A DNA stretch of 64,000 nucleotides, taken from positions 6,120 to 70,119 of the forward strand of contig PLZS01000038.1 in NCBI GenBank assembly GCA_003153555.1, in the 5' to 3' direction. Positions 18,020 to 26,519 of this stretch are shown here, one piece after another; the first letter of the stretch is position 1; each line of letters begins with the position of its first letter. The translations under genes were made by a program, and so were the position numbers. The stretch is from Candidatus Melainabacteria bacterium. GTDB lineage: Bacteria; Cyanobacteriota; Vampirovibrionia; Obscuribacterales; Obscuribacteraceae. The notes below the pieces were generated by a model that was not told the DNA's origin, made no database searches, and was given only the letters and a program-made list of their open reading frames with translations.

Positions 18020-19083
18020 CAGCAGCGGCAATCTGGCGAGCCTGGAATGAGTTTTGGTTCAAGCCAGGCTCAGCGCTGCCAATGGGGCTGTACCGAATCA
18101 TGTTCGGTGTGATTATTCTCTTGCATCTTGCACTTCTGGCACCTGACTTAAACATATGGTATGGACCAAATGGTGTCGTCAGCGCGGAGACAGTCAAGCA
18201 ATGGCCGTTTGATGTTCTGATCGATCCACTCATGCTGATGCCGCCGACTGAGCAATCGCTGCAACTGTTTATCGGCATTTTTGTGTTGGCAGCTATCTCT
18301 CTAACGCTTGGATTATTCACCAGATTTAGTGCCGCTTTAGTTTTCATCGGACTAACATCGTTTCATCACAGAGATTGGGCAACAATCAACAGCGGCGACA
18401 TCTTCATGCGCCTCGCGGCGCTCTACCTCAGCTTCTCGAACGCCGGGCGAGCCCTGTCACTCGACCGACTAATCGAAGTTTGGACTTCACGAGAATTATT
18501 GACTGGTCCACCTCCGCCTGTGACGATGTGGGTTCATCGTCTGATGCAAGTGCAGTTGAGTTTTCTCTACTGTCAGGCATTTTGGACTAAGACTGTTGGC
18601 GATGTTTGGATCAGCGGCAACGCCTTGTACTATGTAACAAGGCTAGAAGACCTGCGACGATTTTCTCTGCCACCATTTTTGAATAATTTGATCGTTCTGA
18701 AACTGTTGACCTGGTTTACGCTGGCGACTGAATTCGCCTTGTGGACTTTGATTTGGGTTAAGGAATGCCGCTATTGGGTGCTTTTAGCGGGAATGTGCTT
18801 GCATCTAGGAATAGATCTGTTTATGAATCTTCCACTGTTCGAATACCTGATGGTGACTGTCTATATACTGTGGGTCGATCCGAAAGACCTAGTCAACTTA
18901 ATGAGCAAAATTCGATTGTTTATAAAAAGCCTAGTCAAGCAACCGCTCACCTTCACATACGATGGTGCGAATTTAACAAGCGCGCGTAAAGCTGAAACAG
19001 TGCGGCGCTTGGATATATTTCGCATTGTGGAAATAGTAAATACTTCCAAGTTGGATGCACAATCCGCGCCACTTGCACTATGA
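18016..19083 (+). CDS. HTTM (vitamin-K-dependent-carboxylase-like) domain membrane protein
   Basis: WNEFWFKPGSALPMGLYRIMFGVIILLHL is the typical HTTM start, with multiple TM helices. The C-terminal ~60 aa are soluble. Confidence 0.7.
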   Translation: MTAAAIWRAWNEFWFKPGSALPMGLYRIMFGVIILLHLALLAPDLNIWYGPNGVVSAETVKQWPFDVLIDPLMLMPPTEQSLQLFIGIFVLAAISLTLGLFTRFSAALVFIGLTSFHHRDWATINSGDIFMRLAALYLSFSNAGRALSLDRLIEVWTSRELLTGPPPPVTMWVHRLMQVQLSFLYCQAFWTKTVGDVWISGNALYYVTRLEDLRRFSLPPFLNNLIVLKLLTWFTLATEFALWTLIWVKECRYWVLLAGMCLHLGIDLFMNLPLFEYLMVTVYILWVDPKDLVNLMSKIRLFIKSLVKQPLTFTYDGANLTSARKAETVRRLDIFRIVEIVNTSKLDAQSAPLAL

Positions 19084-19188
19084 TACCGAATATGGTGTAA
19101 GCAAACACCCTTCAGGACAGTATTGTGATTAAATTACCGCCCGCAATTGGAAGAATCGGGTATATTGCTTGGGTCAGGTCGAGATTTT

Positions 19189-21438
19189 ATGAACCTCAAC
19201 AACCCCGATAAGCAAAATCTCGAAGATGCTTCGCCAAGCAAGCACTTGCTGTCGAACTTTTACATGCCCGAACCAGGCACGTTCATAGGCAAGTATGAGT
19301 TGCTTGAACAGATTGGGGTTGGGGGAATGAGCATTGTCTTTAAGGCTCAAGACAAAGCACTTAATCGTCTTGTGGCAATTAAGTTCCTTTTGCCACAATC
19401 CAATACGGAAACTATCAACCTACTACGATTTCAGCAAGAAGCTCGAGCCGCCAGCAGCCTCGAACACCCTAACATCGTAAAAATTTATGATTTCAGCACC
19501 ACTTCAGAAGGTATTCCGTTCCTGGTAATGAGTTATTTGGATGGGGTCTCGTTAGCCGATGCCATAAAAATAGAAGGTTCGCTGCCTATTAGTCGCTGGT
19601 TGTCCATCATGATCCAAGCTTGCGATGCTTTAGAACACGCACATCAAAACGGCATCATTCATCGAGATATCAAACCAGGCAATTTTGTTCTTGCTCAGGA
19701 AAAGGGCACTGAAGTTCTTAAGCTTGTAGATTTCGGGATAGCAAAAAATTCTTTCGACGACATGAGCCTAACTAAAACCGGTGACGTTTTTGGTAGCCCA
19801 CTCTACATGAGTCCCGAACAGTGCTCAGGGCTCAAACTTGATTTGCGTTCGGACATTTACTCGTTGGGCTGCGTAATGTATGAGGCGCTGACGGGACGAC
19901 CGCCTCTATCCGGTGACAATTCACTCAGCACAATGCAAAAACATATAGGCGAAAAACCTGAGCCCCTGCAAAAGCTGAGACCCGGAGTAAAAAATATCGC
20001 TTCCATAGACAGAATAGTCATGCGCTGTTTGGAGAAAAAACCAGAAGCCCGATATCAAGATTTGGGTGTCTTGCGCAACGAACTCAATCAAATATTCGTG
20101 GGACAATCATTAACAAATAACTTTTCGCCGCGGCGAATAGCCGCAAGCTTAGGGCTTTTAGCTTTGTTCACTATCACGTCGTGCTGGTTTTACATGGAGC
20201 ATAAGACCCCACCAGCATCCAAGCCCGGACAAAGTGAGTCACTATCTGCGATTGCTACTCCAAAAGCGAGAGATTCAGCTCCAAAAGAATCGATGAATGC
20301 AAAGGATGAAGTAGAAAAGAAAACGAAGCTCGACTCATTGTTGGCACAAGCTAACTACCTGATCACTCATGGTAACAGTGATGCTGCACTCAGACAGTTA
20401 AATGAATCGCTTCAATTAGCCACGGAACTAGGCAAGCCCGCAACGGAATTAGCTCCAATAATCATGCAAATTGCAAACTGCGAACGCGATCTCAAAATTT
20501 TAAGTGCAGGTGAACACTATGAACAGGCATTACATTTAGTGGCAGATGCCGACCTTCCTCCAGACCTGATAGTACAATACGATTGCCAAACGCAATTGGG
20601 AAATTTAGCACTAAACCGCGGTAACCCGGAACAAGCCAAACCACATTACGAGAATGCGTACTTCACGGCTGTGAAGCAAAGAAACATCGAACATCAGGCA
20701 TTGAGCTTTGAAAAACAAGGCGCATGCTCAAAAGCAGAACAAAAGCTAGAAGAGTGCAAAAAAGAATGGACGACTGCTTTGAAGATAATGCCGAATAATC
20801 CGAAGCTCCTAGACAAACTCAATGAGCTTCTCCGAAGGCAAGGCAAGCCAGAAATAACGGATGCCAATGTGCGAAGTTCACTAAACGAGGCAGATACAGT
20901 AAAAAAGCTCTACGCGGAAGGAGAGTCTTTTCTTAAAGCCGAATCATACAAACAAGCAGAGGAAAAATACAAACAAGCATTGCAGCAAATTATCGAGCAT
21001 AAAAATGGTCCACAGCAGATGGCAGTGATTCTGAGCCAGTTAGGGCAGGCTGAATCTAGACTGAGCGAAGGACAAGCCGCAAAGCGAGATTTTCTCAGGG
21101 CACTATATTTGGTATCGGGGAGCGACACCAAAGCAGCGCAACGATGTAAATTCACAATCCTTGTAGGCTTGGGCCGACAATCCAGGATCGCTGGCGACAT
21201 GCCCAAAGCGAAAAAGTATTATTCACAACTGTATGAATACTCAACCGAACTGGAGAAAAAAGCGAGCAGTGAAAAAGAACTGAAACCAATAGATGGTCTG
21301 AAAGCAGATGCCTTAGCTCAATTAGGAGAATGTTCCTTCGCGGAACACGATTTTGCAGAATGTGCAAAGTATTGGCGGCAATCGATAGAAATTCGACCTA
21401 ATGCAGACCTGCAGAAACGCCTGAAAGATCTGCACTAA
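19189..21438 (+). CDS. Hanks-type Ser/Thr protein kinase with TM segment and C-terminal TPR-like region
   Basis: GVGGMSIVFKA, HRDIKPGN, DFG, SPEQ. A TM helix (LGLLALFTITSCWFYM) and a helical repeat region follow. The ORF opens at TTG 19147; ATG 19189 is chosen. Confidence 0.85.
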   Translation: MNLNNPDKQNLEDASPSKHLLSNFYMPEPGTFIGKYELLEQIGVGGMSIVFKAQDKALNRLVAIKFLLPQSNTETINLLRFQQEARAASSLEHPNIVKIYDFSTTSEGIPFLVMSYLDGVSLADAIKIEGSLPISRWLSIMIQACDALEHAHQNGIIHRDIKPGNFVLAQEKGTEVLKLVDFGIAKNSFDDMSLTKTGDVFGSPLYMSPEQCSGLKLDLRSDIYSLGCVMYEALTGRPPLSGDNSLSTMQKHIGEKPEPLQKLRPGVKNIASIDRIVMRCLEKKPEARYQDLGVLRNELNQIFVGQSLTNNFSPRRIAASLGLLALFTITSCWFYMEHKTPPASKPGQSESLSAIATPKARDSAPKESMNAKDEVEKKTKLDSLLAQANYLITHGNSDAALRQLNESLQLATELGKPATELAPIIMQIANCERDLKILSAGEHYEQALHLVADADLPPDLIVQYDCQTQLGNLALNRGNPEQAKPHYENAYFTAVKQRNIEHQALSFEKQGACSKAEQKLEECKKEWTTALKIMPNNPKLLDKLNELLRRQGKPEITDANVRSSLNEADTVKKLYAEGESFLKAESYKQAEEKYKQALQQIIEHKNGPQQMAVILSQLGQAESRLSEGQAAKRDFLRALYLVSGSDTKAAQRCKFTILVGLGRQSRIAGDMPKAKKYYSQLYEYSTELEKKASSEKELKPIDGLKADALAQLGECSFAEHDFAECAKYWRQSIEIRPNADLQKRLKDLH

Positions 21439-21475
21439 CAGTTCACGGCTTGCTGATACAAGGTTTTGACAGGCT

Positions 21476-21724
21476 CTAGTCAGGCCAGGGTTGCACCAAT
21501 TTTTTCTCGCCTGGTTTCAATCCACCGAGATGTTTCAGCACGTCATCGTAATACTTGTCGCCAACCTTGTATTTCGTCCTAGAATCCACGTTCATTCCGT
21601 CAGCAGTCCTTCTCATTTGCAACACGATTGCTCCGTTTTCATCTAACCAAGCTTCGCCGATGGCATTTAGATTGGCATTCTGAACATCATCTGACACTGA
21701 TCCACCGCCGCCAGCATCAGTCAT
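21476..21724 (-). CDS. small cytosolic paralog of the C-terminal domain of the 24530..25024 protein (chimeric N-terminus)
   Basis: NLNAIGEAWLDENGAIVLQMRR..DG....Y.VGDKYYDDVLKHLGGLKPGEKKLVQPWPD aligns along its length with the last ~67 aa of the 164-aa protein. Its first 9 codons (MTDAGGGGS) are identical to codons 36-44 of the 25008..26480 protein. Confidence 0.6.
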   Translation of the reverse strand: MTDAGGGGSVSDDVQNANLNAIGEAWLDENGAIVLQMRRTADGMNVDSRTKYKVGDKYYDDVLKHLGGLKPGEKKLVQPWPD

Positions 21725-21783
21725 GGTGCCGGTGCTCAGTCCATGTCTCGCCAGGTCGAGGCCGAGAGCGAAGCGGCATGCGA
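21697..21783 (-). repeat. remnant of the 5' end plus upstream leader of the M34-like gene
   Basis: 21697..21742 is identical (46/46) to 26348..26393. 21743..21783 matches 26479..26519 at about 36/41. The ~85 nt that separate these blocks at 26.4 kb are missing here. Confidence 0.85.
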
Positions 21784-21957
21784 GTTATCAACGATGGTAA
21801 GATTCAGCAAAGATTCATTTCATAAGTTAGTCGTTGTCAGGATTTAATCCTTGGGTCATACGATCTGGACAGTTAATTCAGTTAATTGGCAGACCAGACA
21901 GATCTCCATCTGCGAGGATATATTTGGAAGGCATCTTAAACACAAAACCGACTGGTA

Positions 21958-23544
21958 ATGCTTGTGGTTGGCAAACGGACTGAGAACACTGCCAATACAA
22001 ATGATCTTTGCACGACGTGTGGTCTAAAGAGCGGCACCAGTGGCTCGATGACAACATGGATTTTGCGGGGCGGCCGCTGCAAATGCAACATCGACGCCGT
22101 TGCCAGGCAGACGTCAAATGGACAGATACTTACCAGGCCGGTTGGTGCTCAGGGAAGCCGCCCAGCAGGACGCGTCTTGAATGAGCGATATCAGCTTTTG
22201 GAACCAGTCGGGCGCGGTGGCGTGTGCCTTGTATACAAGGCCGAGGATTTGACAACCAAAGAGGTAGTCGCCCTCAAACTCATGCGCCCGGAGTTTGCTG
22301 AGCATGAGCAGGCGGTACAACGTCTGATAAAGGAAGTCGACACAGCGGCCCAGTTGATTCACCAAAATCTGGTGCGAGTGCATGGATATGGACAAGATCG
22401 CAAGGGTGAGTCTTATCTTGTCATGGATTTCGTAGCCGGAGAAAACCTGGATGAGCTGATGATTAAGAGCGGAGGGAGACTAGAACCTCGACGCGCTCTG
22501 GAAGTATTCACTCAAATTTGCGAAGGTCTCAAGTGTGCACACGCGCATGGTGTGATTCACCGTGATCTCAAGCCCAGCAACATCATCATTACCCCAGAAG
22601 CCGGCGGGCGCGAAACAGTGAAAATAGTTGACTTCGGGTTTGCCAAGTTGACTGAAACCGGTGATAGCTCTCTAAGATTGACCCAGACAGGTGAGGTATT
22701 TGGCAGTCCCTTCTATATGAGTCCGGAACATTGCCTTGGCAAAGAGCTTGACGCGCGTTCGGATATCTACTCTCTGGGCTGTCTCATGTATGAAACACTT
22801 TCAGGCTGCCCGCCACTGAAGGGAGATAACGTGTTGGCGACTGTCGCTAAACAGGTCACAGAAGAACCAGCGAGCATGCGCACTCTCCATCGATCCATTT
22901 CTGAAAGCCTGGACAACGTGGTGCTCAGGTGCCTGGCAAAAGAACCGGTGCTTAGATATCAGTGCGTGTCCGATTTGCTGTCGGATCTGCACAGTCTAAG
23001 GAGTGGAAAGCACATAAAAGCACCGCTTAAAGCGGCAAAACGACCTTCTTATGAGGTCAAGTCTCTGAGAATCAGAGAAATGTCTGGGTTCAAATGGGCT
23101 GGGCTTCTCCCCACGTTGCTGACCATCGTGCTGTCTGGGTCCGTTGCACTTGTCTTCATGTCCATGCACAAACCTGCTACCACAGCTGTGATCACTCCGG
23201 CAGCTGTGATCAGTCCGGCGCGGAAGAACCTCAAGCCAAAAACGAACCCCAAAACGCATCTTCCTTCGCTCCAGGCAGGAAATGCTTCAAGCATTACTGG
23301 GTTGACAGACAAGACGCAAGGAGCTACTAATCCAGGTCCTGTCGAGCCAAGCAAAGCAACCGAGCGCTCCGGCTTGAGACCACAATTGATTCATGTTGCT
23401 GTTGCTGCACCTTTGCACCACGTCGACCGAAGCCCAAAGCGCGCAGCATTGCCTAAACCTCGACCTGCAAAAAAAATAGCGCCAACATCCAAAGAATCGT
23501 CCAAAGGCTGGGCCGAACTGAAGGAACTCAGAACCGACAGATGA
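21958..23544 (+). CDS. Hanks-type Ser/Thr protein kinase with N-terminal 4-Cys motif, TM segment and basic/Pro-rich tail
   Basis: GRGGVCLVYKA, HRDLKPSN, DFG, SPEH. N-terminal CTTCG..(18)..CKC; TM helix LLPTLLTIVLSGSVALVFM. Confidence 0.85.
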   Translation: MLVVGKRTENTANTNDLCTTCGLKSGTSGSMTTWILRGGRCKCNIDAVARQTSNGQILTRPVGAQGSRPAGRVLNERYQLLEPVGRGGVCLVYKAEDLTTKEVVALKLMRPEFAEHEQAVQRLIKEVDTAAQLIHQNLVRVHGYGQDRKGESYLVMDFVAGENLDELMIKSGGRLEPRRALEVFTQICEGLKCAHAHGVIHRDLKPSNIIITPEAGGRETVKIVDFGFAKLTETGDSSLRLTQTGEVFGSPFYMSPEHCLGKELDARSDIYSLGCLMYETLSGCPPLKGDNVLATVAKQVTEEPASMRTLHRSISESLDNVVLRCLAKEPVLRYQCVSDLLSDLHSLRSGKHIKAPLKAAKRPSYEVKSLRIREMSGFKWAGLLPTLLTIVLSGSVALVFMSMHKPATTAVITPAAVISPARKNLKPKTNPKTHLPSLQAGNASSITGLTDKTQGATNPGPVEPSKATERSGLRPQLIHVAVAAPLHHVDRSPKRAALPKPRPAKKIAPTSKESSKGWAELKELRTDR

Positions 23545-23598
23545 GAATGGGCGACCTCCTTCGATGGCTGGTGTGAATTGACGGAACGAGGAGAGCAA

Positions 23599-24369
23599 AT
23601 GAGAAAGGCAACCTTCATCGCAATCACTCTTTGGTTAGTTCCGTTGGTTTCGCAGATAGTCTATGCGCAGACAACGGCAGATCTTGAGAGTTTGGTCACC
23701 AAATCCAAGCTTGTAGATACTACACATCCCGTGAGAGCGATGATCAGTAGTGACAAGCAGCAGGTAAGTATTTCGACATTTTGCCGCGCCCAAACAACAG
23801 ACAAAGATTGCAAAATCACGGCGCTACTTATGATGAAAGAGCTCATGCAACGCTATAAAACTGTTCATGGGATAAGAGTAACCTTCTTCGATGAAGTAAA
23901 TCCTCATCACAGCAGGACCGTTCGGACAACAGAAGGGGATGCACTGCTAGTCGACAGCGGCAAACCTGTACACGAGGTTCTTGCTTTGATCGATATTTCA
24001 TATGGCGACGTCCGTCCCCGCACCACAGTGGAATCATCCAAGAAGCAATCGAATTTGGCTGCCAACCCTGCCACACCTGCTTCCGGCGTCAATGGCACTT
24101 GGACATCTGGTACTGCACTCGTAATCATTCAGCAATCAGCCGGTTCGCAGATTTCTGGATTCTGGAGTCAAGAAGGGGTGTCACACAAACTGAGGGGATC
24201 ATATAATTCCCGGACACGCATTCTGGACCTCTCCTTCGAGCAACTACAAAGTGATGATCGACCACCCACAACTGGCAGGTTTGAGTTGACCAGAGATGGT
24301 AAAGAGCTTGTTGGCAGCTGGAAAGTAGGTGGAGAAACAGGAAACGTCAAGTTGTACAAGGTTGGATAG
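23599..24369 (+). CDS. hypothetical secreted protein
   Basis: ATG 23599 is preceded by GGAGAG. Signal peptide MRKATFIAITLWLVPLVSQIVYAQ. No known domain recognised. Confidence 0.55.
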   Translation: MRKATFIAITLWLVPLVSQIVYAQTTADLESLVTKSKLVDTTHPVRAMISSDKQQVSISTFCRAQTTDKDCKITALLMMKELMQRYKTVHGIRVTFFDEVNPHHSRTVRTTEGDALLVDSGKPVHEVLALIDISYGDVRPRTTVESSKKQSNLAANPATPASGVNGTWTSGTALVIIQQSAGSQISGFWSQEGVSHKLRGSYNSRTRILDLSFEQLQSDDRPPTTGRFELTRDGKELVGSWKVGGETGNVKLYKVG

Positions 24370-24373
24370 ATAG

Positions 24374-24508
24374 AACGCTCACGGGATTGTCCAGGTCATA
24401 GTCAATCTCTTGTCGAATGCTATTAAGTTCTCGGACGCAGGGTCAGTTGTGACTATTGCTCGCGCTCAAAAGAGAAATCTGCAGGAACGCTCGAACGCTC
24501 TTCACTAA
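24374..24508 (+). pseudogene. histidine-kinase fragment (N-box of the HATPase domain only)
   Basis: A startless 44-codon frame reads NAHGIVQVIVNLLSNAIKFSDAGSVVTIARAQKRN... Compare NLLSNAIKFSP in the intact kinase at 32927..34717. It has no H-box and no G-boxes. Confidence 0.45.
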
Positions 24509-24529
24509 ACGGTTTGCTGATCTTCGTTT

Positions 24530-25024
24530 CTAGTCAGGCCAAGGTAGCACTAATTTTTTCTCGCCCGGCTTCAATCCACCGAGATGTTTCATGACTTCAT
24601 CGTAGTTCTTGTCGCCAACTGGATAATGCAAAGTCCCATCAGTCGGCCTGCCGTCAGCGTCTCTGCGCATCCGAAGAACGATGGTGCCCTTTTCGTCTAA
24701 CCAGGCTTCGCCTAATGCATTCAGATTCGCATTCGCCGACTCAGTCTCTTCTGACACATGACCTCCTTTTTTTGAAGCCGCTGAACATCTGCTTTTCATA
24801 ATGTCCAGAGCGTTAAAAACTGGCGTCGCGTCCTTGCTCACATCATGTTGCGTAACGCACTTATCCATATTTTTCCCCTTTGTCGCACACTTATCGCCGG
24901 ACACTTCTTTTACAACCTTCTCGCCTTGTTTTTCTTTAGCCTCAACAAGGTCAACACTGCAAAAACAAACGAGCAAAAGACTCATGCAAAACGTGAATAG
25001 CTGCCATCTATTGTGGAACTTCAT
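24530..25024 (-). CDS. small secreted protein, candidate inhibitor/immunity/chaperone partner of the M34-like protein
   Basis: Signal peptide MKFHNRWQLFTFCMSLLLVCFCSVDLVEA. The start overlaps the upstream stop by 17 nt. The C-terminal ~67-aa domain is duplicated at 21476..21724. Confidence 0.65.
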   Translation of the reverse strand: MKFHNRWQLFTFCMSLLLVCFCSVDLVEAKEKQGEKVVKEVSGDKCATKGKNMDKCVTQHDVSKDATPVFNALDIMKSRCSAASKKGGHVSEETESANANLNALGEAWLDEKGTIVLRMRRDADGRPTDGTLHYPVGDKNYDEVMKHLGGLKPGEKKLVLPWPD

Positions 25025-26480
25025 TCATTCTCTTCCGAACGTAGTCGATAGTATTGGGATAGGTTTGCATGATCTGATCCATTTGCGACTGATTAGCCGG
25101 TCCGCCGTTTATGGCAGCAAAAGTTTCGGCGAAAGCTTCTGACCTGCCTCCCTTTGCCTGAACAAGATATTGCTCCCTTAATTTCGTTTCGGGCGACATA
25201 GCTGCCACATCTTTGTCGTAAGCCGCCTTAAACTCTGGTGAGTTAGAAGGATAGTCTAGAGCATGATCAACAGCATGTCCGCCCTCATGCCTCACCGCAC
25301 CAGCGTCGCGATTTGACGGACCTGATGAAGTATATTCGGCTACCACAGCAGTACGTTTCTCGGGGAAATAGGAACCTTCAATATCGGCATATGTCGAACC
25401 TACAGGATGACCTGGTGGACGCTTTCCTTCTAGTTCGGGCATTGCCCCGACAAGAGTGCCCGCAATTAAAAACTTGGCACCACTATCTGCGAGCAGCTTT
25501 TTAGTCGAGGCAGGAAGTTGAGCAATATCAGCCTTCACTTTTTCAGCAAAATCCTCACTTGCACCCTTAACTTCAACTACCGGTCCAACGCGCTCGCCTT
25601 TATCATTCACCGTTGTTTCGGAATACTCTAAGTTCTTTTTCTGATCATGCTGAGTGGTCGTGCCGTCTTTGTTCTTGGTCGTTTCAAAGTAACTTCCATC
25701 TGCTCGGGTAACTCTGTCACGAACGACATTGCCTGATGGATCGGTAGTCTCAGTCGTGGAACCGCCACCATCCTTAATATCATTTACGGTGTGGACGGTT
25801 GTTGATGTTCCGTTTTTGTCCGTTAGAGTTTCGACGTAGCTACCATCCTTCTTTTGGTCGTGGAATGTAGTAGAGTTGTCCGGATTTAATTTGCGTTCGG
25901 TGTAGCTATGATCAGCATTTTCAGATTTTCTATCTGTCACCAAACCGGCTTTGTTACGTGTGGTAGTTTCGGTTTTTCCATCAGCACCAACGCTGGTATC
26001 AGTGAAACCACCATCAGGATTAGTGACATGGCTTTTCGATGTGACTTTGCCATCTTGAGTTAGATTTGTTTCGCTAAAATCCCCGTTCGCCTTCTGTTCA
26101 CGAACTTTGACGGAGTGGTCTTTGGGATCGAGCGTTTGCTCGCTGAAACTTTTGTCAGGATTATCGGTGCGATTCTTAATTGCTTGACCCGATTTGTCGA
26201 ACGTGGTCGTGTCAATCGAACCACTCATTCGTGTTGAAGAGTCAGTATGCCCCCCGTCAGTATTCTTTTTGCTACTTCGAAGCATCACTTCGTCGGGCCC
26301 GCTATGGTCGGGAGTTGCACCCTTTTTGGCTTTGCCGTCGACGCCATCTGATCCACCGCCGCCAGCATCAGTCATGGTGCCGGTGCTCAGTCCTGCATAC
26401 TGTTGGTTTGGATAAACAGGCTTTTCATTAAAACTGACGTCGCCCGAAGTTGTACCTTTCTTCGGACCGGTACTCTCCAT
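25008..26480 (-). CDS. repeat-containing protein with C-terminal M34 (anthrax-LF / Pro-Pro endopeptidase-like) zinc metalloprotease domain
   Basis: The C-terminus reads LPASTKKLLADSGAKFLIAG..PELEGKRPPGHP..EGSYFPEKRTAVV..VRHEGGHAVDH..GGRSEAFAETFA (HExxH plus a downstream Glu in an EaFAE context). The N-terminal ~300 aa are D/T/S/K/G-rich degenerate ~23-aa repeats. No signal peptide. Confidence 0.7.
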   Translation of the reverse strand: MESTGPKKGTTSGDVSFNEKPVYPNQQYAGLSTGTMTDAGGGGSDGVDGKAKKGATPDHSGPDEVMLRSSKKNTDGGHTDSSTRMSGSIDTTTFDKSGQAIKNRTDNPDKSFSEQTLDPKDHSVKVREQKANGDFSETNLTQDGKVTSKSHVTNPDGGFTDTSVGADGKTETTTRNKAGLVTDRKSENADHSYTERKLNPDNSTTFHDQKKDGSYVETLTDKNGTSTTVHTVNDIKDGGGSTTETTDPSGNVVRDRVTRADGSYFETTKNKDGTTTQHDQKKNLEYSETTVNDKGERVGPVVEVKGASEDFAEKVKADIAQLPASTKKLLADSGAKFLIAGTLVGAMPELEGKRPPGHPVGSTYADIEGSYFPEKRTAVVAEYTSSGPSNRDAGAVRHEGGHAVDHALDYPSNSPEFKAAYDKDVAAMSPETKLREQYLVQAKGGRSEAFAETFAAINGGPANQSQMDQIMQTYPNTIDYVRKRMNEVPQ

Positions 26481-26519
26481 GTCTCGCCACGTTGAGGCAG
26501 AGAGAGAAGCCGCATGCGA

